Part shown: in pieces, positions 37,385 to 49,832 of the stretch
Numbering within the stretch: the first letter of the stretch is position 1
Layout of the letters: each line of letters begins with the position of its first letter
Assembly (NCBI GenBank): GCA_004022145.1
Contig: RCNU01000002.1
Reading direction: 5' to 3' (one strand)
Source: Paecilomyces variotii
Taxonomy: Eukaryota
Length of the DNA: 64,000 nt
Notes under the pieces: model-generated
What the model was told of the DNA's origin: nothing
The model's input: the letters and a program-made list of their open reading frames with translations, nothing else
Databases searched by the model: none
Program-made: the position numbers and the translations under genes

Positions 37385-38135
37385 TTATGCCTCATCGTCT
37401 TCTTCCTTAGCAACGATAGCAGAGTTGCCTTTCTTGACCAGCTCCTTAAACTTCTTCTGCACCGCTCCGACAGGAAACTTCTTTCCGGTCTTGGTCTCGA
37501 GACCTTCAGCGATCATACGCCATCTTTCTTGCTCGAGCTTGTCGTCAACCTCTTTCTTGGCCTCGAAGAGTTTCGCACACTATTATACCATATGTCAGTT
37601 CTGAACTTCCGTTCTAGTACGCAAGGATAATCTGTGCTCTTCTCCTCCAGGTAAAGGTAGTGTGACACTTACATCGTTGGGAGTGAAAGTGACAAAGTTG
37701 GCCTTAAGACGAGCGTAGCGAATTGACAGAGTACTACCACCGACTTGGACACCAGTCAACCCAAACCAAGCCTCTCTGATCTCGGACCAGGTTTTATTTT
37801 CTTTGTCCTTCATCTGAAGGAGAAGCCTGTCCTCGCGTCCGGCTTCTTCGTAGGAAGTAGGAATCGTCCTCTTTTCCGGAGTAGCCTTGGCCTTCTTGAC
37901 AGGCGTAGGACTGTCCGGAGCAGTCTCGGACGCCCTCTTGCGGCCGCGCTTACGGGGAGTTTGAGGGACTTGGACACAAACCAAGTCTGCCGGCTGCCAA
38001 TAACTCAGTAACAAATCTAATGTATAATTTCGCGTGCTGTAAAGTCGGATATTATGAACTTACCGCGACCCCAGTGTCGATGTCCATTTCCTCGTTGGTT
38101 CTGGTATCCATATTAATGGGTGTGAAAGTGGACAT
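37385..38135 (-). CDS. Hypothetical small nuclear protein with a Myb/SANT-like segment, 3 exons
   Basis: MSTFTPIN..|..TPRKRGRK (NLS/AT-hook-like)..EDRLLLQMKDKENKTWSEIREAW..STLSIRYARLK..|..EQERWRMIAEGLE. Canonical introns. Confidence 0.75.
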
Positions 38136-39295
38136 CTGTCTTGCGTTCTTGAGTATGAGGATTTAGATCTGATATTGCTCAAGTAGATAACTCGAGCTGA
38201 CGCAGAACTAAACGAGAATGGTGCGCGCTGACGAAGAGAAGAAGTCGACGAGCAAGCAGAAGTGAGGTTATTTGACTTGTGTGTGTTTGTGTTGGACATT
38301 CACTTGACAACGACTGGCGGCACCCAAGTGAATTTACACCAGGTGAGTGAAGTGATGGCGGCAAGATGAGCCTATAAACACATACATGCTGCCAAATAAT
38401 ATACAGCTCCATGTAAATTCTTTTCAATATAGAATCAGAGAGCTTTCACGAATTCAGATTGCTGACCAGATGAAATGCAGTTTCCAAACCCAGAAATCTT
38501 GAGATTATCCTGCCAGATTCCATAGAACATGATAGGAATAAGTACCCAACAAGCTTGTTCTCTATCAATAGAAGGATTGCGGCAATGATAAGTCAATTAA
38601 TAGTATTTAAAATGGCAGAGATGACGTTAAATTCAATGAGAAGGGATATATTCAAGGCATGTTTTCAACATCCAGTGATGAGGCCTCAGCACAGTCAAGG
38701 CTTGCCGTATCTGTGCTGAGATCATGATACTTGCCTGATACTATTTAGCATGCGAGTCATCATCCCAAAGTATGCAGCAGAAATCGTAGACTGTCCATAA
38801 CTTTATGAAGCAGGTTAATGACTTCCAGGCATTTGCGCAAGAAGTTTATCAACTCGTATCAGTAGGATCAGCCGTATGCCACTGTTATTATTCTAATTCT
38901 GGCAAACAGCTCTCCATTGGTGAAGAGGCTTTTAAAATCAACCGTCAACCGAGAGTTTGAGCAGTTCTAGCGTCTCCGCCATCAGTGAATGCACTGTGAA
39001 AATTCATCAAGTCACTGGAGTCATGTCTACAGCATCGTTGACGACCGGAAATTTGGGAGATCTGTGCTTCATGCATCGATCATTGTTGCGAAACTCCCTT
39101 TGGTAATCGATTCCCTGGTCTGCACGCGCTACAGCATCACTTTTAGGCTCAACCAGTGATTACTGGCGGGTGGAAATGTCGGTGTCAGCTGAAGCCAACC
39201 AGCAGCCCTAGAGGATCGAGAAGCTCACATATCACCGGAAATTTCCTCCACAGATCAAAGGAAGCATCACTTTCTTTGACCATTGGCTCTGCTGT

Positions 39296-39321
39296 GCCGC
39301 ATGCGCCGCATGCGCCGCATG
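39296..39321. repeat. 9-bp tandem repeat (GCCGCATGC) x about 3
   Basis: Directly visible, in the intergenic region upstream of the AAA ATPase. Confidence 0.85.
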
Positions 39322-40032
39322 TTGGTCAGATCGATGATCTTGGGATTCGGCCAAGCGACAGCCATCTGGAGCCTGACGACAGCCTAACTGCGCTTTCAGA
39401 CAAGGTCTCAAGGTTTCCCGCGTCCACGGACCTCTCTGGAGAGTGGAGGAGAGTTAATTACTAGAAGGCTGAAATGCCCCCGAGAACAGTAACTGATAAC
39501 GGGTGACGATAGGCGGTTCCTGGACGCCCAGAACAGGGTGTTGAGCAGGCAAGGCTTTTGCGGCAGCGTATTCATAGAACGAAGCACAATGTGGCGTCCC
39601 CGTGGGATCCCTACCGCATCTCTGGGGTCAGTAAGTTGAAGCGATCTTTACCAATGCATATCAACCATTGGCTTTACCTTTCGCCAACCAGCTGTTGATT
39701 CTTTGGGGGAGAGCTCTGGTGCCTGATGTTGGACTAGGCGGCAGAGAACCGGAGAGGTGCAATGTATCATAAATATCGACAGCACCCAACTGCCGGCTGA
39801 AACCCTGAACGAACATCTGCTTGCGCCTTGAAACCATTGACTCAGGAGTTCCTCTTGTCTTCTTTTTGTGAAATTTGTCACTGATCAAGTTTGGCTGCGA
39901 CTCACCGCCTTGTACAGCTCATTGTACTGTACAACGGAAACAACGGGAGCTCTTCAAGCAAGCAGTCAGTAGCTCTATTCGTTCTTTACAACACGCAGCT
40001 CACCTGCTTATAATAAACCCCCGTCGCCCTCC

Positions 40033-43000
40033 ATGCCACCCGTCTCAGATGCTAGCTTGAGGACAGGCGGGTCTGCATCCTCAAGCCCCAACAAGTCTTC
40101 ACCTCCAGAACCTGAAAGCCGCCTGGCCCATGACTCTACTCCCATATTCACCCCTTCTACCACTCCATCTTCTGAAACCCCCCAGCAAGACGAAATCCGA
40201 GAGAAAGATAATAGCCGTGCTCCTCAGACAGACCGGACGGGGCATTTAGAAACCATGTCGCCCCCCAACTCCCCTGGGGGAGCAACCGTGGTTGTGACTC
40301 CCGAGACTAAAGAGGAAACGGCCGCGGTGGACGAGAACACAGCTTCCAAGCTGGAACCGCGTGCAGCTCCCAATGTCTCGGAAACTACATCAGCAAAGCC
40401 TGTTTGCAAGAGGCACACGGCGAAGGGAAACAAGTCCGCGAAGAAACATGTCAACAAGTGGAAGAGGAAGAATAAGAACCTAGCCACGGACTCTTCCAAC
40501 AGTAGCAGCGACTTATCTACAACTTCTGCATCTGATAGTTCTAGCTCTACATCAAGTTCGAGCGAGAGTGAATCTGAGAGCGAGTCGGAGTCTGAGGATA
40601 CCGATTCTGAGACGGAGGAAAAAGAGAAGCGCAAGGGCCATAAGAAGGCCAAAAAGAACTTCAAGAACAAGAAGGGGAACAAACAGAAGCGCAAATCCAA
40701 GGGTTCCCACCGCAAGCACGATGATCTGTCAGAGACTAGCTCAGATGAGAATAGCGAGGACGAATCTGTTGCTGAAAAGGCTCAGAGGAAAACGTCCTCG
40801 AAGCTCAGGGCAAAGAAGAAAGCCAAGAAAGTCAAGCTAGATGACGAAATCTCCGAAGACATTGAGGAAGAGCAAAATCAGATCGATCCTGACAACTTAG
40901 CCTATATTCAGGAGCAGTTGGCTGCACTGGGCTTGAAATGTACTGGCCTGGCACAGAAATCAAGGAGACGGGCGAATGACGACAAACCCACCAAGAACAA
41001 TGGAAAGAAGGCTGCTAAAAGCAAGGGGAAAAGAGCATCCAAGGTTGCCTACAAAAGAGTTGACCAGCGTGAGTATATCTTATCTAAATATGATACCCAT
41101 CATTATCTAGCCATCTATTCGTATGTACAAGGACTGGTTACTGACAGATCACAGTATGGGACAATACCATACACAACTACAAACTTACAGAGACTATGGA
41201 TGATCCCGATACGTCTGAATGGGACCAATACATCTTCACTGTTCGCCGCAGCTTCGATTGGGACAACAAATACGTCGAAACCGTTGTCGATATTAAGAGC
41301 AAGCCTCTCCGCGAGGCTCTCTCCAAAATCATGGACGGTGTGAAGGGCGTCAGCTTGGTACAGGAGACCGCAGCAGTTGATCCCAACATGCTCTTTCTCT
41401 ACCTCGAAGAGACCCGCCAGTACATGAAGGATTTGCGAGCCATCGCTAAATCCAGAAAGAAAAAGAAGGAGCGCAAACAGGCACAGACCAAAGCGGATCA
41501 CCTCAAGGTCCTGGTCAAATATATGGACAAAGACTACGCGGAAACGAAGAAAACGCTGTATCCTCTGCTGGACGCTAATATGATTACGTTTGACCTCCTC
41601 TGGGCTCTCTACAAACCGAACAGCATCGCATACACTTCAACCTACGGAGACGTGGACGAACCACGAGCCTTCAAGATCGAATATGCCTCGAAAGAGTCTT
41701 CCTTCATGAGGGGTCAATGGTATAGTGTCGAAGGTCGTTATTTGGAATATGACGGAAAGTCATTCGGCATGGGAACTATGTCGGCTGACATTGGGGCCTT
41801 TAAGGGAGCGCGCAAGATCACGAGTCTGGCATGCTACCCTTTGAAGTACCACCGCGACTCTGAAGCAATCAAGCAGAAGCTGATCGAACGTGGCAAGAAA
41901 TTTGCGTCCCTCACGGGCATGAATTATCGTTTCCACAAGGGAATGGCGTTCTATAAGAAAAGGGGATCCATCATCAAAGTCAACATCAACGGTCGTGTTA
42001 TGGTAGATCCAGCCACTCACCGGCGCATCAACCCTAATTATCCCGTCAGCACTGTCAAAGCCAGAAATGATCTGGATGGCTCCGACGACAGCAGTGAAGC
42101 TTGCGGCTGCGGATTATCTGGCTCAGGGTCCGAGAGTGGACAGGGATTTGGAGAATCAAATACGTTCACATCCAAATCCAGGATAATTCGAGACGGGGAC
42201 GGCAAAACACGTATTGAGGCCGAATTCGATGAGAACGGCAAGGAGGTCTGCAAGAGAAACTTTCAGAAGATCGATAGCGAAGGCGATGGTGAGTCTGATA
42301 TTCACTTCAGCGAGGAGAATCTCCTTATAGCCAGTCCTGTGGTCCTGGGATTCGCCTTCAGCGAAAAGCTCTGGCTGGAGTTAAGCGTCTCCGGAATCAA
42401 TGAGATCGAGTGGAATGAAGGAGCCTTCGATTCGCTTGTTCTTCCCGATAATCAGAAGACTATTGTGAGGGCATTGGTAGAGTCTCATACGTTCCACGCT
42501 GCCGAAAATATCGACGATGTCATTCAAGGCAAAGGCAAAGGTCTTGTTGCTGTCCTTCACGGGCCTCCTGGTACCGGCAAGACCCTGACGGCCGAAGGCA
42601 TTGCGGAGCTTCTCAAACGCCCTCTGTACATGGTCAGCGCCGGAGAACTTGGTACAAACTCTCAGAGCTTGGAAGGGGAACTGACCAAGATTCTCGACAT
42701 CGCTCACTCCTGGGGCGCCGTGCTGCTCCTGGATGAAGCGGACGTCTTCCTCGAAAAGCGCACCATACATGACATCCACCGCAATGCACTGGTCAGTATC
42801 TTCCTCCGCCTCCTGGAATACTTCCAAGGAATTCTTTTCCTGACCACGAACCGTGTGGAAACCTTTGATGAGGCCTTCCAGTCTCGTATCCACATCGCAC
42901 TCCGTTACGGTGATTTGAACACGAAGGCGAAACGCGCCATATGGAAGATGTTCCTACGAAAGGTGCAGGCTATGGATGGACTAGAGACTGTTACGTTTAC

Positions 43001-43269
43001 AGAGAAAGATTACGACGAGCTCGCACGTCACAATCTGAACGGACGCCAGGTAAGCGATCCCTCTAAGTATCTCTAGGTCCGAGAGTTTAGTTATTCTAAC
43101 CCGTTTATAGATCAAGAACTCTGTGCGCACCGCACAAGCTCTCGCCATCAACGAGAAAGCCCCTCTTTCCATGACACATATCAAGTGTGTCCTCGAAGTC
43201 GCAGAGACGTTTGACAGAGACCTCAAGGGCGGAACAGGCTATCTTGACGCCATGAGAAGCTACACTTGA
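40033..43269 (+). CDS. Fungal AAA+ ATPase with a long Ser/Lys/acidic low-complexity N-terminus, 3 exons
   Basis: Walker A GPPGTGKT, Walker B LLLDEADVF, sensor FLTTNR, DEAFQSRIH, LNGRQ|IKN. Introns near 41069-41153 and 43049-43110. Confidence 0.9.
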
Positions 43270-44175
43270 TCAATGAATGGCTGACCAAACTTTGTTCGAT
43301 ACTCCCTCCTTTATTAACTACGGATATTCCCCACTTCTTTTTCTTCCTTCTGTCTTCTTTCTCCAAGTTTACTTTCCCTTCTAATCTTCACACGGACATG
43401 CTTTTGCTTTCCCATTCTGCATGTACAATTGAAATGAATGAAGCGCAGACATGATTTACATACTTCTCGGAGACAGGATGGTAGTTATGGGCGGGAATCC
43501 ACCGGAACTTCGCAACTGGGAAAACAGAAAACTTGAAAGGAAAAACAAAAAAGATATTCGCTTTTTTTCAAATGGCACTGGTACGACGAGCTCGGAATAA
43601 TGGCGATGATGCGGTTCTTCCTTCTCTTCATACTAACTTTTCTTGCTTGGCGTGCTGTTTTCGCTTTCAAGTACCTACCTACCTATAACCAGATAGGAAT
43701 AGTTGGGTTTAATGATTTGAACATAAGATAATTGAATGCATGGGAATTATTCGCTTCCATCGTCTCAGGCCTATATTTAGATCGTATACTAGTGCTAGTG
43801 AACATTTACTGTGCGAGAGTTTATGCGTAGCGCAAAGAGATGCGTAATGAACGAACATTTCTCACTCCTCTACTGGTCTAATTCCGGCCATGTATATGAC
43901 CCATTGGCCCATTCCATTAAAAGAGGATGGGAACAAAAAGGGAGTGTAGATTGTAGGAAACTTCCTTTTTCGTTCCTGTCATTGGGACATCTATATTTCA
44001 AGATAGCTGCAGCTGCATTACTCTGGTATAGAGGAAGACTTTATATGAGAAAGCCTAGAGGAGAGGGATAAGAGTACATGAGGTAGATAGTTTAAATGGT
44101 GTACGGTAAAAAGGGGCAAGGGTGCTTTTACAGAGTGACAACGCAGCTGCAACCGCATCACGGGACGTCTATAAT

Positions 44176-45603
44176 TTAAGGGTTGGCCTTGACGAAGTCG
44201 ATACCTGTACGGGTTTACGGTTAGCTGATGTTTTGGCACGTTCAAGAAACCCAGGGACAAACATACCCTTCTTGATGTTCTTCTTGAGGTCAACCAGAGC
44301 GGCATCGAGGAGCTTCTGCTCGTAGGGGCTGACGTCACCGACGGGGAGGATCTTCTCAACACCGTTGGGGCCGAGCTCGACCTTGGAGGCGAAGAAGTCG
44401 ACGCCCTGGTCCTTGTAGAGAGGGCTCTCGACAAAAGTGGGCTCAATGACGCCCTTCTCGCCCTGAGCAGCCTTCAGGAGGGACTCGGCGAAGCGAGCAC
44501 CGGCGAAAGCCATGGAGAGGGTGGCGGAACCGGCACCGTCCTTGGCCTTGACGACCTCATCACCACCGAACTGGATGCGGTTGACGAGCTTGTCACGGAC
44601 CTCGCCCTCAATGTCGGGGTGGTTGGACTGAGAGAGCAGAGGAACGATGGTGACACCGGAGTGACCACCGACAACGGGGACGAACTCGTTGGCGGGGTCG
44701 GTCTTCTTGATCTCCGAGATGAAGCGGGAGGCACGAACAACGTCCAGAGAGGTGACACCGAAGAGGCGCTTAGGGTTGTAGACACCCTTGGACTTGTAGA
44801 CCTCAGAGACGATGGGGACGGTGGAGTTGACCTATATAATATTTTTTTCAAAATCAGGAACAGACCCGGATAAAGAAGCGTCACTTGAGCGCGCTGCGTA
44901 GCGTGGAGGGAAACTTACGGGGTTGGAGATGACCAGGATGTTGGCCTCGGGGGCAGCCTCGGCAGCGGCCTTGGCGAGGTCGCGGACGATGGAGGCGTTG
45001 GTGTTGAAGAGGTCTACCCATTGGGTCGGTCAGCATGCGCTTTCCTGAACGGTCGATAGATAGATAGAAATTAGAGGACAACCATACCATCACGGGTCAT
45101 GCCAGGCTTGCGGGGAACACCGGCGGGGATCAGAATGATCTCAGAGCCGGAGAGAGCATCGCGCAGACCGGAGGGGGTGGGCTCGTAACCGGTGACGGTG
45201 CTCTTGGTGTTGATGTGGCTCAGATCGGCAGCGACACCTGCGGGGAGAAGGGGGATTCGTCAGTTTGGACCGATCGGGGAGACGCGCATAACCGGGGGCG
45301 TAGGAGAGGAGAGCTGTCGCAAATTACCTGGGCCTCCGCGGATGTCGTAGAGAGCGAGCTGGGAAACACGGGGGTTGAGCTTCAGCAGCAGGGAGAGAGG
45401 CTGGCCAATACCACCGGCAGCACCGAGGACGGCGACCTTGGATGCCTGTTGGATGAAAGAGATAGATAGTAGGTCAGCTATAGGAGCTCCTGGGAGAAGG
45501 AAGCTGAGCAGCGAAGAAGCTCGGTAGCTGGACGCACCTGGCGGGCAGAAGCGGAGAAGGCGCGCTTCTGGAAGAGGCCGAAGGACTGACGAGCAGCAAA
45601 CAT
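44176..45603 (-). CDS. MDH1: Mitochondrial malate dehydrogenase, 6 exons
   Basis: Presequence [22 protein letters not shown], then [55 protein letters not shown]. Strong codon bias. Confidence 0.97.
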
Positions 45604-46323
45604 TGTGGCGGGTATCTAGGAGAGAAGAGACAGAAGCACGCTGTCAATTGAGAGTGGTGGATGTGGGATGGGATGAAGGGGAGAGTTGGAGATGGACTAA
45701 GAGAGAAGAGAGAAGATTGAAAGGTGAGAATGAGAAAGAGAGAGTCTCTGTTCGTTGCCGGGCGAGAGGATTTTGGCGGCTAAAAACGCCCACCGAACCT
45801 CCGCTTCCGATCGCGCGGCCCCGACGGCAAAACAATGGGGATTTTTTTGATTTAATTAATTAATTATTATTTACGACCAGGATCAAAATAGTAGGTGGAA
45901 TATCCTAGTGCAATCGAAAAACGTAGTATCCCTCGTCCAGCGCCAATTCGTTCTATTCCAATAGATATTATTATTGCCCCCATACGCCACATCCGCATCT
46001 TCCGTCACTCTCGGATCGTATTCCCTTGTTGCGTCTGTTGTCTCGTCGGATCGACAAAAGCGAGACAATTGTCGAAGAATGTCTATTATTATTAGCCTAT
46101 ACAGGTAGAATAATGCAACTTCCTTGTGTGGCATCTAGGAGGACTACTACTATTACTACTAAGATAGGCAATTGAAAATACGACAAGGAAACAAGCATAC
46201 TAATAATATATATAATATAATGTTAAAAAGAATCATAATTCCGCCCAAAACGAGCAATTGGGAAATGCAATACCACAAAGACCCTAACCAGAACGCCACG
46301 CTTTTTCATCAGCCGAAAAGAAG

Positions 46324-46325
46324 GA

Positions 46326-46361
<36 letters not shown>

Positions 46362-46363
46362 AA
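46324..46363. repeat. (GAAA)10 microsatellite in the BOS1 3' region
   Basis: Directly visible. Confidence 0.95.
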
Positions 46364-46400
46364 AGCCCCAAGCGTCCAGGAAATCTACAAGCAATAATCT

Positions 46401-47373
46401 TCACCGCAAGAAATGTAGCACCGCCCAGCAGAACAGGAAGAAAACAACAACACCACCCCAGAACATCCACTTGTCCTGCTTGGCCCGACGCTCCACCATG
46501 CGGATCGTATCTCCGCTGATGCCTAACGTGTTCGCGACACTATACAGCCGGCGTTGAGTGCCCTTCAGCATCTCTCGCTGCTGGCCCAGATCCGCTAGCA
46601 CGGCTCGACCCCGGTCGAGGAATTCGTCCAGTTGCGTATTGGTGCTGGCAAAGAAGGACTGTTCGCGCAAGGCGTGCGCTTCACGGTGATATTCGGACGG
46701 AGCAGTGCCGAAGCTCAGCCCCGTACCGGACGAAGAACTGGGCTTTCCGAAAGCAGACGACTGAGGAACTGATGACTGCGCGTAGGGGTTCTCCGGCGTG
46801 GCAGCAAAAGGACGTCGACCAAGGAGTTCATTGCGGTTGGTTACCGATTGCTTTTTTTCAGAGTCAGTTTAGTTCACACTCCCATCCGCGTAAAAAAAAA
46901 GAGACACAACATATCCAGAATGGGTACCACTCACAGCTTCCTCTCTCTCCTTCCGTAACCGATCAAACTGCTCTCTGTACTCTGAAAGCTCTGCGCGAAA
47001 CTTCTTCACCCGTTCAAAGGCCTTCTCCTGCTTCTCGGGGATGAGCTCCTTCTTGGATAATGACGAGTAGTCGTCCACCGTCCGTGAGAGCGATGTCAGT
47101 GACGCTGCGATCTGCCCTGTACAATATCAACACGACAAACGATCAGCATCCGCACACACATGCTCGCGATGGAGTTCGAAGACCTTGTTGCTGGTCTCAT
47201 ACCTTGTAGAGCTGCCGACGTTGTAGCTGGAGATTCAGCGAATGTATCGAGGTCGCGCCGTATGGCAGACGACTGTTTCAGTGCGGAATTGAATAATGAG
47301 TTCTATAGAAGTCGCATATTAGCATACTGCGACTCATTGAAAGATCCCCCGTATAATTCGAAAGACCTACCAT
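46401..47373 (-). CDS. BOS1: ER-Golgi Qb-SNARE Bos1, 4 exons (first coding exon is the ATG only)
   Basis: M|NSLFNSALKQ..., RNELLGRRP, SNARE motif LDEFLDRGRAVLADLGQQREMLKGTQRRLYSVANTLGIS..RRAKQDKW, and a C-terminal TM helix. Confidence 0.92.
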
Positions 47374-48204
47374 CGTGCCAGCGGGCTAAGCAACAAATAA
47401 CGAGGCCAAGAAACCCACGGTGCGCAAGGAAAGGAAACGATGTGAGTGACTCTGGCTCTGGCAGTGTGGCTTTGGAATCAAAATAGGTTCGTGCGCGACC
47501 AATAAATGACGGTCGCAAAGTAAGTTATCGTGTTTATCTAGCTCAGTGTATCTATCGCATGCTCAAGGCCACTTGTTCTCCCCAGCTCCGGGTCCAAAGA
47601 CAGCCTTCACCGCCTTTGGGTAGTTACTTCTGATGTCGCCATATATGAGAGATCCAGACTCCTTTTTCATCTTTCATTTTCTTGACATGCATTTCAATAA
47701 TACGTACAGCCAGCATCTGAGCGATTGAATTTACAGTACGGCAAACCTTAACAACTCAACTGTCGGACAAAAGAGCGAGGGCCATGATGCAGGGTCAATG
47801 CGAGTCATGTTGCCATGAATAATACCCGGGCTGTTTCTATGGCTATGAAACAAGCGTCTAATAACACCCTATGGTCAGACGCTACCGTTTGATGATGAAC
47901 AATTTCTCAACACTAATGGCTGGAAATCTCGAAGATCTCAAGGAAATCGCAATTGCGCTGAGGTAACCGAAACACTAGAAAAAGCGCATGCCGCTTATCA
48001 ACCAAGATGTTGAACAGCCATAGCTCAGATAAAACAGGGAAATCAAGCCACCAACTCCTCGTAGATACAAGCAAACATTATCAATCAAGAGCTGAGATGC
48101 TGAACACAGCATAGGGCCGATCAGACATAATCATATCCAGATATTATACCACCCAGGCCTGGGAACAGGCGTCCCGTCATAGTACACTGCAGTGTATGTC
48201 TCAT

Positions 48205-48932
48205 TTATTTTCTGGGGTACTTGTTCTGGAAGAGCCACCTATAGAAACGAGATTAGTAAGATCGAAGTACCATCTCGATAATGGGCGCGAGCCTATGGGA
48301 TTTCAACACTTACTTGCTCACGAAGTAGTCAGCCACAGCTAGAGCACCAACTGCTCCACCCCAGATACCGACAAGCTTCCAAGACAGCTGACCCTGGAGG
48401 TGCTTCCTGTACGCACCATATCCCAGACCACCGGCAATCGCGGTCACCAGGAAAGCATTTCCCAGAATAACCGGGTTGTCTTCGTTGCGACGGAAGCTGC
48501 CAGCAGCCGACTTGGCCTTCTCCTCGGCCTTCTCAACCGCTTCCTTGGCCTTCTTCTTTTCTGCTTCGTATTTCTCCTGCGCCTCGCGCTCGAGTCTCTC
48601 AGCCTGAGTCGTGGTCTTCACCTTCTGTTCTTCAAAGTCTGCAGGCACAGCGGCAACATGCGGGCCATCGACATCGACCAAGTTTATCGTACTCTCGGCC
48701 TCCGTCTTCTCAATCTCTGGGGGTGGGGGCGCACGGCTTGAAGATATGTTAGTCCCACAGAATACAACAACATCATCATCACTCAGTCTGTCGGACCGAA
48801 GGTACACTTACGCCTAAAAACAAATCAGTAATCCATTATCACCGTAGAAACCAGAACGTTGGGGATCTCTTAAACACTTACGTCTTCGGGGGATTGCTTG
48901 GGACCCTTAGCGGCGGCTGCAGCGTACGACAT
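48205..48932 (-). CDS. OM14-like mitochondrial outer membrane protein, 4 exons including a 2-nt exon
   Basis: MSYAAAAAKGPKQSPED|A|RAPP..., NPVILGNA plus two hydrophobic segments, ending DYFVSK|WLFQNKYPRK*. Confidence 0.8.
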
Positions 48933-49832
48933 ATTGGATAGCGTCTTAATGTGAAACAGGGTATATAGAGGTGGGCGTCTAGTATGTCTAGCGAAGCGAT
49001 CAGGTCAGCCAGCTGGTCTTTCAGAAAATTCGTGTACCGTGTGGATAATCAGGACGACATGCTGATCAATTGACAAGCGACGAACTGCTAACTGTTGGAC
49101 TTACCGCAAGGAAATTCAATTAGAGAGGTGGATGGGGAAACGTACACTCAGGCGGAAGAAGGAGCAGACTTTTCTAGGGAACGGGAGAAGACTAAAGACG
49201 GGGAGTACTCTATATATACGAGGCAGGGAGATTGGATTGTATCATGAACTGCCTTGATTGAATGACGTCACGTCACAGATGCGGCCAGTGGAGTCTCTCG
49301 GATGGCACGTGTGTCGCGCCAAGCGTCCCTGCTTTCTCAGGGCCATTAATGGGCTATCCATTAACCCGAGCAATCACCGAGCAGGCCCCAGGATAAAAAT
49401 ACTTCAAAAGAATTCCCCCCTCAGAGGTTGCGTCCCCGACATAACCACAAGTCTCGCACTCTTGCTGAGGCCTCAACGGCCATTAAGTTGGCAATTTGAA
49501 ATTGCCCGTCCCACAGGTCCCTGCTCAATGGTTCACATGCATACTCGCCCTTACTCTACTCCAGCTCCATTGTCAGCTAGGAGACTATCTGATTCCTGAG
49601 TAAGTAGGTCATGGGTGTTTTAAGAGCACATGGCTATCTAGAACACTGCAGCAGTGAGACTACGTGGTTCATGGATTAACACACACACATAGGAGAGGAT
49701 GGTCAGTTTCATCGTGATCACGGCAGACGGGCCGCTCCGTGGAAGAACAGAGAAACGATTTTGGTACAGATTATCAAACGGCTAAAAAGACAGTCCCCTA
49801 CGTGGCTGCATCATATCAAAGGTTTAAGCTGT

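Noticed and set aside
47883..47965. Second C/D snoRNA-like pattern (TACC..TGATGA..CTGA GGTA)
   Set aside because: K-turn spacing is off, there is no clear D'/C' box, and I found no recognisable rRNA/snRNA complementarity.
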